From: Paenibacillus nanensis
GTDB lineage: Bacteria; Bacillota; Bacilli; Paenibacillales; Paenibacillaceae
Length of the DNA: 64,000 nt
Direction: 5' to 3'
Assembly (NCBI GenBank): GCA_040396195.1
Contig: JBEBPB010000005.1
Location: 113,904-177,903 of the forward strand
Position numbers and translations under genes: made by a program. The notes beneath the pieces are model-generated. The model was not told the origin of the DNA, searched no databases, and worked only from the letters and a program-made list of their open reading frames with translations. Below are positions 8,354 to 16,852 of the stretch, in pieces (positions within the stretch are counted from its first letter, which is position 1; the number at the start of each line of letters is the position of its first letter).

Positions 8354-11300
8354 ATGAAGCTTTTTAAGCATGCAACTGCATATCCGACTGTATACGGTGC
8401 TGCATTACTGGAATCCGGCTTTGCCGTTCAGGAAAACGGTATAGCTTCGCATGATATTATTCGTCGTGCCGGCTTGATTCTTGCTGGTATTGAAGAGAAG
8501 CAAGCTGCTGAATGGCCAGCAAATAATGGTGCTGCGTTACATACAGTGCTTTTTCATCAGCTGTTTGCTGATTTTTTTTCTCAATCCGCTATTCAATTGC
8601 CGCAACCGGGAGAGTATGCTGCAGCAATGTGGTACTTACCCTGTGACCTGGCAACTCGGCAAGCTTTGGAGAAGGAAATAACGGAAACGGTGGAGGAACA
8701 GCAGTTTCGCATTTTAGGATGGCGTGAAGTGCCGACGGATGAACAAGCGGCAGTAAGGAGCAATTCACCTCCGCCTTATATTAAGCAAATGTTTATTGTT
8801 CCTGCAGATTCATCCAAGCAACTGAAGCTTGATGAGGGCTTGGGAGAACAAGCCCTGTTTCGTCTCCGAAGAAAGCTTGAGCAGCTTGTTGCAGCCCATA
8901 GTTTGCCAAGCGGATCGCTTGCCGGGTTGTCCGCCAAACTGATCGCTTATCATGCGCCGTTGTCTGCGACTGATTTCTTTGAGTTTTACAAGGATTTGAG
9001 AAATCCGGTTGCGGCTGCTCCATTAGCGGTTGTATATACTTATCGTTATGGGGAAGAGAAGTTTGGCTGGACGTTGCCCTTTTGTTTGCATTATATGTTT
9101 AGAAGCGGAAAACTGCACTCAATTGAAAGCAATCGTGATATGCTGCAATGTCGTGTGCAGCAATTTCGTGCGCCATATGTACAAGGATTGAAAGATCCAC
9201 TTGAATTAGATGCCTTGGAATGTCAACTAGACAAGCGTGAGGATTATTACGGATCAGTGCTTGCGGACAGACTTGCTGAACAGTTCTATTTGTCTGATCG
9301 TTCAATTGCCCAATCTGCTTTGCAGATGATGCCGAATTTGGCGTTATCTGCTTCACCGCTAAATAAAACACTGCAAGCTTATTATCAGTTTAATAGCACT
9401 CAAATGGAACCATGGGAAGGGCCTGCTGTGCTAATATTTACGGATGGAACGCATGTGGGCGCAATGATTGACCGCAATAGTTTCCGCTCAGTACGATATA
9501 TTCGAACGAGTGATGGTTGTGTGTTGCTGTCCAGCCGACCTGCCAATTTCGACGTGCAGGAGAAGCATATTTCGATAAAGAACAGATTACGACCCGGCAG
9601 AATGCTTTATATAGATATGGCACAGCAAGAAACAATTTCTGATGCTGAGCTTAAGGATAGACTAGCGGCGGTGCATCCTTATGAAAAATGGGTCGGAGAG
9701 CAGCTAATAACGCTTAGCGAATTGCCGGAGTCTCCGCTTGGAGGAAGCTGGGAGACGAATGAGCTTGTAGAATTGCAAATCCGATTTGGGTACACTTCAG
9801 AAGATGTGCACAAAATGGTTGAGCAGATGGCGGTTACGGGGCAGGATCCTATTTTGTCGATGGGCTTTGATGCGCCGATAGCACTTTTGTCTATGCAGTA
9901 TAAGCAGCAGCGGCTGTATAACTATTTTAAACAAGACTTTCAGCAATTGCTCAGTCCTTCTATCGACCCAGTTCGAGAGCAGGCATCTACAGCAACACAA
10001 TTAACGCTTGGACCAGAGAGAGACTTGCTGAGCGCAGAGGCTGTAAGTTGCAGACGAATTTATTTGGAGACACCTATACTATTGAATCAGGAACTGACCA
10101 AACTGCGCAGGCTGCGTCGTCCTGGATTAAGAGCTATGACACTGCCAATTCATTATGAGGTAAGCAAAGGAGCCGATGCAATAGTTGCCGAATTGGAGAC
10201 GCTTGGCAAAGCAGCGGTACGCTTGGCGGAACGAGGCTATTCTCTAATCGTGCTGTCTGACCGTGACACAACTGCGGAGCAAGCGGCTATACCAGCGCTG
10301 TTGGCTACCGCAGCTGTTCATCAAGCTTTGGTGCAGGCAGGTATGCGCAATCGCTTGTCCTTGCTGGTCGAGTCAGGCGAGCCCAGGGAAACGCATCACT
10401 TTGCTTTGTTAATCGGCTATGGAGCAGACGCGGTCAATCCCTATCTTGCTTTGGAAACCATTGAGGACTTGATTGACCGCAATATTCTCAAAGGAATTTC
10501 AGAAGAGAAGGCTGTGCGCAATTTTGTACAGGCGGCAACTCGTGGTACAGTGAAAGTAATGTCCAGAGCTGGTATTGCTACTGTGCAGGCCTATCGTGGC
10601 TCTAGAATGTTCCAGATTATTGGACTTGAGGAGGAATGGTGCCGCCAATATTTCGGTAATACGAAGGTTGTTTTGGGTGGTCTGAGCCTGCAAGAGCTTG
10701 CTCAGGATACAGCTGGCGCGCATCACCAATCGCTCGCTGTCAGTGTGCAGGACGGGGCGGACTATGAATTGGAGAGCGGCGGTCAGTATCAATGGCGCAA
10801 GGATGGAGAGGAGCATCTGTTTCATCCCCAAACGATACATACACTGCAAACAGCTGCCAAAAAAAACAACTATCAAACCTATCTCAAGTTTACTGATTTG
10901 GTGCAAGGGGACCGCAAGCGTCATTTGACGTTGCGTTCTTTACTGGAGTTTTCCTATGAACGGTCTGAACAGATTGCACTGAATGATGTTGAGTCTGTAG
11001 AAAGCATTGTCAAAAGATTTCGTACAGGAGCAATGTCATACGGGGCAATTAGTGAAGAGGCATGGAGAAGTCTTGCAGTTGCGATGAACCGTCTTGGCGG
11101 TAAAGCAAATTCTGGTGAGGGAGGGCTAATTGAGTCTGACTCGGAGGAAGGCTCGGAATTAAATAAAATCAAACAGATTGCTTCGGGACGTTTTGGCGTC
11201 AATCTCGCCTATTTGCAAAAAGCAGAGGAAATTCAAATTAAAATTGCGCAAGGGGCAAAGCCGGGCGAGGGCGGACGTTTACCCGCTGTAAAGGTGTATC

Positions 11301-12901
11301 CGTGGATTGCAGAAATTCGCGGCACTACTCCGGGTATTGGCTTAGTATCGCCGCCTTCGCATCATGATATATACTCAGTGAAGGATTTGGAAGGCTTTAT
11401 TGCTGATATTAGGCTGTTAAATAACAAAGCGAAAGTTTCTGTTAAGCTAGCGGCAGGAACCTTCGATGCAGAAGCGGCTATTGAAGCGGCAAAAAGTGGT
11501 GCAGACGGTATTCTTGTAAGCGGCTATGATGGCGGAACGGCTGCTGCGCCAATCGGTTCTTTACGACATGCCGGCTTGCCTTGGGAGATTGGGCTTGCAA
11601 ATGTGCATCAGGCACTGTCTAGAGTGAATTTGCGCAAGCAAATCAGACTTGAGACTGACGGGAAATTGATGACAGGACGCGATGTTGCTATCGCTGCATT
11701 ATTGGGAGCAGATGAGTATGGCTTCTCAACAGCACCGCTTATTGTGCTTGGTTGTATTATGATGCGGGTTTGTCAATTGGACACATGCCCGGTGGGGATA
11801 GCAACACAAAATCCGGAGCTGCGTAAAAAGTTTGCTGGCGATCCAGAGCATATTGTGAACTATATGACTTTTATTGCCCAGGAATTACGTGAAATTATGG
11901 CTAAGCTAGGCTTTAAAACGTTGGATGAAATGATTGGTCGAACGGATAAGCTTCAACTTGCAGCAACGAATGAACGGATGCAGCCAGCCGCATTGCAGCT
12001 TAAGCAATTATTGGATCTGCATAGGAAATTGAAAGCAGAGGCGATGGCACACGATGGCGGTACACAAACTTCACCTGTAATAACTAATGGGGCTGCTGTT
12101 GCTGCGCTACAAAGACCGGAAATTGCCGAAGAAGCAGCCCTTTTCTCGATTAAGGTTGCGCTGGAACAAGGCAAACGATTTAGTGAATCCTTCGAGCTAA
12201 CTCAAAATATGCGTGCAGCAGGAGCTGCTGTAAGCAGCTTGGTTGGTCAATTTTTGTCCAGCGGCAGTTCCTTGCCTGATGATTTTATTTGTATTACTTA
12301 TAATGGCAGGGCAGGAGATAGTTTTGGGACATTTGCCCCGCGTGGCGTAACATTGTCTTTGATAGGTGACAGCAATGACTTTTTTGGCAGAGGTTTGTCT
12401 GGCGGAAGAATTGCCATCTCACCTGCCCGGGAAGCGACTTATGAGGCGCGTTATCAAATTATTACCGGCAACTCGGCTTTGTATGGTGCTACAAGCGGAG
12501 AAGCATTTATTAACGGAGTAGCAGGTGCCAGATTTGCCGTACGCAATAGCGGAGCGACTGCGGTTGCTGAAGGTGCGGGTGATCATGCTTGCGAGTATAT
12601 GACGGGCGGGCTGGTCATTATACTTGGGGAAACGGGACGCAACTTTGGAGCAGGAATGACAGGTGGCACCGCGTTTATATTGGATGAGCAGGATGATTTC
12701 TATTACAGATGTAATCTTAAAACAGTCAAATTAGAAAGAGTAGAGCAGGATGAGGACATAGACATATTGCACAGTTGGCTGGAGAAGCATGTTTTATTGA
12801 CAGGCAGCCCGCTTGCTGCTAAAGTATTGCAAAATTGGGAAACCTCTTACGAATGGTTTGTAAAAGTAACTCCTAAGCGCAGCCGGCGCCAAACAGATTA
12901 G
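8354..12901 (+). CDS. Glutamate synthase large-subunit-like protein with degenerate amidotransferase domain
   Basis: Full GltB architecture: MEPWEGP, MSYG, NSGEGG, KQIASGRFGV, KIAQGAKPGEGG, CIMMRVCQLDTCPVG and C-terminal GXGXG repeats. The N-terminal CG catalytic motif is missing (see findings). Confidence 0.9.
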   Translation: MKLFKHATAYPTVYGAALLESGFAVQENGIASHDIIRRAGLILAGIEEKQAAEWPANNGAALHTVLFHQLFADFFSQSAIQLPQPGEYAAAMWYLPCDLATRQALEKEITETVEEQQFRILGWREVPTDEQAAVRSNSPPPYIKQMFIVPADSSKQLKLDEGLGEQALFRLRRKLEQLVAAHSLPSGSLAGLSAKLIAYHAPLSATDFFEFYKDLRNPVAAAPLAVVYTYRYGEEKFGWTLPFCLHYMFRSGKLHSIESNRDMLQCRVQQFRAPYVQGLKDPLELDALECQLDKREDYYGSVLADRLAEQFYLSDRSIAQSALQMMPNLALSASPLNKTLQAYYQFNSTQMEPWEGPAVLIFTDGTHVGAMIDRNSFRSVRYIRTSDGCVLLSSRPANFDVQEKHISIKNRLRPGRMLYIDMAQQETISDAELKDRLAAVHPYEKWVGEQLITLSELPESPLGGSWETNELVELQIRFGYTSEDVHKMVEQMAVTGQDPILSMGFDAPIALLSMQYKQQRLYNYFKQDFQQLLSPSIDPVREQASTATQLTLGPERDLLSAEAVSCRRIYLETPILLNQELTKLRRLRRPGLRAMTLPIHYEVSKGADAIVAELETLGKAAVRLAERGYSLIVLSDRDTTAEQAAIPALLATAAVHQALVQAGMRNRLSLLVESGEPRETHHFALLIGYGADAVNPYLALETIEDLIDRNILKGISEEKAVRNFVQAATRGTVKVMSRAGIATVQAYRGSRMFQIIGLEEEWCRQYFGNTKVVLGGLSLQELAQDTAGAHHQSLAVSVQDGADYELESGGQYQWRKDGEEHLFHPQTIHTLQTAAKKNNYQTYLKFTDLVQGDRKRHLTLRSLLEFSYERSEQIALNDVESVESIVKRFRTGAMSYGAISEEAWRSLAVAMNRLGGKANSGEGGLIESDSEEGSELNKIKQIASGRFGVNLAYLQKAEEIQIKIAQGAKPGEGGRLPAVKVYPWIAEIRGTTPGIGLVSPPSHHDIYSVKDLEGFIADIRLLNNKAKVSVKLAAGTFDAEAAIEAAKSGADGILVSGYDGGTAAAPIGSLRHAGLPWEIGLANVHQALSRVNLRKQIRLETDGKLMTGRDVAIAALLGADEYGFSTAPLIVLGCIMMRVCQLDTCPVGIATQNPELRKKFAGDPEHIVNYMTFIAQELREIMAKLGFKTLDEMIGRTDKLQLAATNERMQPAALQLKQLLDLHRKLKAEAMAHDGGTQTSPVITNGAAVAALQRPEIAEEAALFSIKVALEQGKRFSESFELTQNMRAAGAAVSSLVGQFLSSGSSLPDDFICITYNGRAGDSFGTFAPRGVTLSLIGDSNDFFGRGLSGGRIAISPAREATYEARYQIITGNSALYGATSGEAFINGVAGARFAVRNSGATAVAEGAGDHACEYMTGGLVIILGETGRNFGAGMTGGTAFILDEQDDFYYRCNLKTVKLERVEQDEDIDILHSWLEKHVLLTGSPLAAKVLQNWETSYEWFVKVTPKRSRRQTD

Positions 12902-12971
12902 TGTTTTGCGCCAGGCTGTTTCAAACAAGAAGTTAGTGAAGAAAGATATTTTATGTCAAGGAGGATAACAG

Positions 12972-13892
12972 ATGGGAAATGTACTAGTTGAGATAGAAAA
13001 TGTAACAAAACGAATTGGAAAAAGAACCATTATTGACTCTTTGTCACTCAAATTAATGCCGGGTGAAGTGTTTGGCTTTTTGGGCCCTAACGGCTCAGGA
13101 AAAACGACAACGATTCGTATGATGGTTGGACTTATGGCTATGACCTCAGGGGAAATTAAAATTGACGGCTACAGTATTAAAAGCAACTATGAAAAAGCAA
13201 TTAAGCAAGTTGGTGCAATTGTAGAAAACCCTGAGATGTATAAATATTTGACCGGGTATCAGAATTTGCTTCACTTTGCAAGAATGATACCCGGCATAAC
13301 TAAAGAACGCATAAATGAAGTAATTCAATTGGTTGGCATGCAGGCCCGTATCCATGAAAAGGTTAAAACCTATTCGCTTGGCATGCGGCAACGGCTTGGA
13401 GTCGCGCAGGCGCTGCTTCATAATCCGAAACTGCTTATTTTGGACGAGCCTACCAATGGTCTTGATCCAGCTGGAATCCGTGAACTGAGAGACTACTTGC
13501 GGCGTTTATGCCATGAGGAAGGAATTACTGTATTTGTATCGAGTCATCTTCTTTCTGAAATGGAACTAATGTGTGATAAAGTAGCGATCATTCAAAATGG
13601 TAAGCTAATAGATATTAGGACGATTAAAGGTGTTGAAGCACAAGCATCAAACAAATCCATGATTATCGAAACAAATAATGCAGAGCTGGCAGCAAGGATA
13701 CTGACTGAAAAAGGTGCGGCATTGCAAGTTAAGGAAAACGGCATACTGAATGTTACAGGCAATCGGGAAGATCGCGCCGCGTATAACGCATTGCTGGTTC
13801 AAGCAGGAGTTATGGTCTATAGCATTCGAGAAGAGCAGAAATCGTTGGAGGATCAATTTTTGGAGGTTACTGGAGGTGAGCAAATTGGGTAA
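12972..13892 (+). CDS. ABC transporter ATP-binding protein (YhcH/BcrA-like exporter)
   Basis: GPNGSGKTT, YSLGMRQR and LILDEPTNGLDP. Confidence 0.92.
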   Translation: MGNVLVEIENVTKRIGKRTIIDSLSLKLMPGEVFGFLGPNGSGKTTTIRMMVGLMAMTSGEIKIDGYSIKSNYEKAIKQVGAIVENPEMYKYLTGYQNLLHFARMIPGITKERINEVIQLVGMQARIHEKVKTYSLGMRQRLGVAQALLHNPKLLILDEPTNGLDPAGIRELRDYLRRLCHEEGITVFVSSHLLSEMELMCDKVAIIQNGKLIDIRTIKGVEAQASNKSMIIETNNAELAARILTEKGAALQVKENGILNVTGNREDRAAYNALLVQAGVMVYSIREEQKSLEDQFLEVTGGEQIG

Positions 13893-14685
13893 CTATTTGG
13901 GCTTAATCAAAAATGAAAACATGAAAATTTATCGTCGTCCAAGAACTTTTGTTATGCTTGGAATTATTGTTGGCTTTGTATTGCTCATTTCGATTCTGTG
14001 GCTATCCTTCGGCAATAAAGATACGTCGATGTGGGATGTTGTTATGATGGAGACACAGATACTCTTTATGCTGGTTACGATATTTTCAGTTGTAATTGCA
14101 GCGGGTACAGTTGCAGAAGAGTTCTCAACAGGTACGATAAAATTGTTGCTGATTCGGCCGTGGACACGCTCAAAAATTTTATTATCCAAATACATTTCAG
14201 TACTCTTGTTTTTGCTGCTGACAACAGCCCTGCTCTTGGGAAGTGTGCTGCTCATTAACTGGCTTTGTTTCTCATTGTTCCAATCAAGCGAGGCAAGAGC
14301 TTCGATTGAAGAGGAATTGTTGATGAAAGACACACCGTTGGTATTCATATTGAAAACATACGGGCTGCAAGTGATTTCATCTATTATCACTGTAACAATG
14401 GCATTTATGTTGTCAACTATATTTCGAAACAGCGGATTGGCGATTGGTATGGCGCTATTCCTACTGTTGGTAGTTAATAATATTATGCAATTGGTATCCC
14501 TATTGAAATACAAGTGGATTGATTATATCTTATTTACCCATTTGAATCTTACACAATATTTGTCCGGTATGCCTATGCGCGAGGGAATGACTCTGCAATT
14601 TTCATTAGTGGTGCTGGCGTGCTACTGGATCGTATTTATTGCACTGACATGGCTTGTATTTAAAAAGAGAGATGTAGCAGCATAG
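13885..14685 (+). CDS. ABC-2 type permease (YhcI-like)
   Basis: Six TM-like segments, EEFSTGTIKLLLIRPWTRSKILLSKY, and a C-terminal F.KRDV. TTG at 13885 with SD GGAGGTG overlaps the ATPase stop. Confidence 0.9.
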   Translation: MGNYLGLIKNENMKIYRRPRTFVMLGIIVGFVLLISILWLSFGNKDTSMWDVVMMETQILFMLVTIFSVVIAAGTVAEEFSTGTIKLLLIRPWTRSKILLSKYISVLLFLLLTTALLLGSVLLINWLCFSLFQSSEARASIEEELLMKDTPLVFILKTYGLQVISSIITVTMAFMLSTIFRNSGLAIGMALFLLLVVNNIMQLVSLLKYKWIDYILFTHLNLTQYLSGMPMREGMTLQFSLVVLACYWIVFIALTWLVFKKRDVAA

Positions 14686-14800
14686 AAGCAATAGTCCAAT
14701 CACAATGAATAACCTTCCGATGCTTTAGTCACAATATAGAGGAGCATAGGATTTCGTCATTTAATAAAATGTACGAAATAAGAGAGGTGGCAATATAGTG

Positions 14801-14989
14801 ATGGGCAAATCGAAGGAAAAACAAAAAAAGTCTTTGCACAATCACCCGACTGATTCACATCTTGGAGGGCGTGAGGATGCGGACATGGATATCGATCGTA
14901 TGGTTAATGAAGGTCTTGGCGGAGGCAATGTCACGATTCATAATGGCTTAATCGGTCACTCCACTACAGATACGATGAAAGAGGAATAA
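14801..14989 (+). CDS. Small hypothetical protein
   Basis: SD GAGGTG, DMDIDRMVNEGLGGG core, followed by a terminator. Confidence 0.7.
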   Translation: MGKSKEKQKKSLHNHPTDSHLGGREDADMDIDRMVNEGLGGGNVTIHNGLIGHSTTDTMKEE

Positions 14990-14995
14990 ATTGAA

Positions 14996-15041
14996 AGCAC
15001 GGGACGGATCTATTTAGTAGACCGCGGTCCGTGCTTTTTTT
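14996..15041. terminator. Terminator between convergent genes
   Basis: AGCACGGGAC...GTCCGTGCT stem plus T-tract. Confidence 0.75.
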
Positions 15042-15088
15042 ATGAAGAGGTAGAAAGGAGTAAGTTTTAGGCAGCAAGCAGAAAAAAA

Positions 15089-15409
15089 TTATCCGCCATA
15101 AGCATCTCTAAATGCATGAGATAAAATTTTTGGTTCCACTTCCCATAATGCGGCTATATCCGCACATACATTGTCCTCCCACCAGTTTGCCTGCGCCTTT
15201 TTATTATGTTGATGCTCTACAATCCAAGCTAAATTTTCGATGACTTTTTTTATATAGATTTTTAAGGCGCTGTCAATCTTCTCGGGAGCGATCCAAGTTT
15301 TTAATCTTTTAGCTGTCCGGTACAATTCCTTGCTGCAGGCTCTTCGGATTGTGCGTACAGATGGCAAAGGGGTTGTATGTTTTTGTTGCAGATGCTTCAT
15401 TCGGGACAT
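15089..15409 (-). CDS. Hypothetical protein
   Basis: SD AAGGAGG and a protein-like 106-aa ORF (IRRACSKELYRTAKRLK...WWEDNVC). The start may be 15400. Confidence 0.75.
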   Translation of the reverse strand: MSRMKHLQQKHTTPLPSVRTIRRACSKELYRTAKRLKTWIAPEKIDSALKIYIKKVIENLAWIVEHQHNKKAQANWWEDNVCADIAALWEVEPKILSHAFRDAYGG

Positions 15410-15602
15410 CGCCTCCTTTTATGATGCATGGTATGCAGGTCGTGAGGCAATGGTCACAATAAGAATAACAGTTAGCGAAAGGAAAAAAATACCTGTATTT
15501 GCGCAATGAAAGGTGAAGTGTAGTATAATTGAGGAGTGTGGCTGGCAGTAAATTGCAGTCGCATGCAATAATTAATGATCGAATGAAAAGAGGCGGTTAG
15601 CG

Positions 15603-16166
15603 TTGAATTTATTGCATAAAAAAGGTACGGGAATTTCGTCCGAGCAGTTTATAGCAGGTATGACCAAAAACAAGGAGCAATTTGTAAGCTGGCAGAAGCA
15701 ATTTGCATGGCCAAGCGATGAAGATAGAGCATTTTTTGCCAAGTGGCTGACTGAGGATAGAGAAGTAAGCTGCTTTATATTAATGGCGGAGTGGTGCGGG
15801 GATGTTGTTCGCAATATTCCGGTTGTCCTACATATTTTGGAGCAGTGCGGAATTGATCCGGAAATTCTTGTAATGGAACAACATTTGGAGACAATGGATC
15901 AATTTCTTACGTTTGGCGGGCGTTCCATTCCAGTTGTAATATTTACAGATAAGAATGGAAATGTGCTTGGTCAATGGGGACCGCGACCTGCTTATATTCA
16001 AGAGCCAATGGCAAAATTCAAGCAGCATAATACTGATCGTGAAGCAGCCGACTATGAGGCTAATCTTAAGGATACAAGGAATGAAATTTTGCGGCGTTAC
16101 GGGGAAGGTACAGAATATCAAGCCTTGATAGTAACGGAAATGCGTCAGCTTTTGGAGAGGATGTAG
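15603..16166 (+). CDS. Thioredoxin-fold protein (single-Cys WCGD type)
   Basis: AEWCGD...GGRSIP...WGPRP. Confidence 0.85.
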   Translation: MNLLHKKGTGISSEQFIAGMTKNKEQFVSWQKQFAWPSDEDRAFFAKWLTEDREVSCFILMAEWCGDVVRNIPVVLHILEQCGIDPEILVMEQHLETMDQFLTFGGRSIPVVIFTDKNGNVLGQWGPRPAYIQEPMAKFKQHNTDREAADYEANLKDTRNEILRRYGEGTEYQALIVTEMRQLLERM

Positions 16167-16169
16167 GCA

Positions 16170-16814
16170 ATGAAGGCGGAGGATGTTACTTTTCAGATTG
16201 AAACTTTTTCTTTGGGGCCACTGCAAACAAATGCTTATTTGCTGATCAATGATAAAAAAGCAATTGTCATCGATCCAGGTATGAATCCGAAATCGTTGTT
16301 GCGACGTATAGAGCAGCTTGAAGTTAAAGTTGAAGCAATTGTATTGACACATGCTCATTTTGATCATATGGGTGGTGTGGAAGAAATACGCACTGCTGCC
16401 GGTTGCCCGGTATATATTCATGATTTGGAGGCGGATTGGCTAACGGATGCTGCCAAGAATGGCTCTACACGCTGGCCTGATGTAACCCCTCCGCTGGTCA
16501 CAAAGCCGGCAGAGTATGCGCTGGAAGAGGGACAGAAGGCAGAATTTATTGGGCATACATTTCGGATTATGCATACGCCCGGACATTCACCAGGCAGTAT
16601 TAGCCTCTTGTGCGGCAAACATCTATTTTCGGGAGATGTATTATTCCGAATGTCTGTAGGTCGAACGGATTTGCCGGGAGGAAGAGAAAGTGATTTGTTT
16701 AATTCCATTCAATCGAAGTTATACAAGCTGCCTGATGACACAATCGTTTACCCAGGTCATGGCGGCAAGACTACAATAGGTTTTGAGAAAACGAATAACC
16801 CGTATATCAGATAG
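16170..16814 (+). CDS. MBL-fold metallo-hydrolase (YqgX/glyoxalase II-like)
   Basis: THAHFDH, HTPGHSPG, FSGD and YPGHG. Confidence 0.93.
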   Translation: MKAEDVTFQIETFSLGPLQTNAYLLINDKKAIVIDPGMNPKSLLRRIEQLEVKVEAIVLTHAHFDHMGGVEEIRTAAGCPVYIHDLEADWLTDAAKNGSTRWPDVTPPLVTKPAEYALEEGQKAEFIGHTFRIMHTPGHSPGSISLLCGKHLFSGDVLFRMSVGRTDLPGGRESDLFNSIQSKLYKLPDDTIVYPGHGGKTTIGFEKTNNPYIR

Positions 16815-16852
16815 CCAATGCAGGAATATGAATAAAGGAAGGTGCACCTCTA

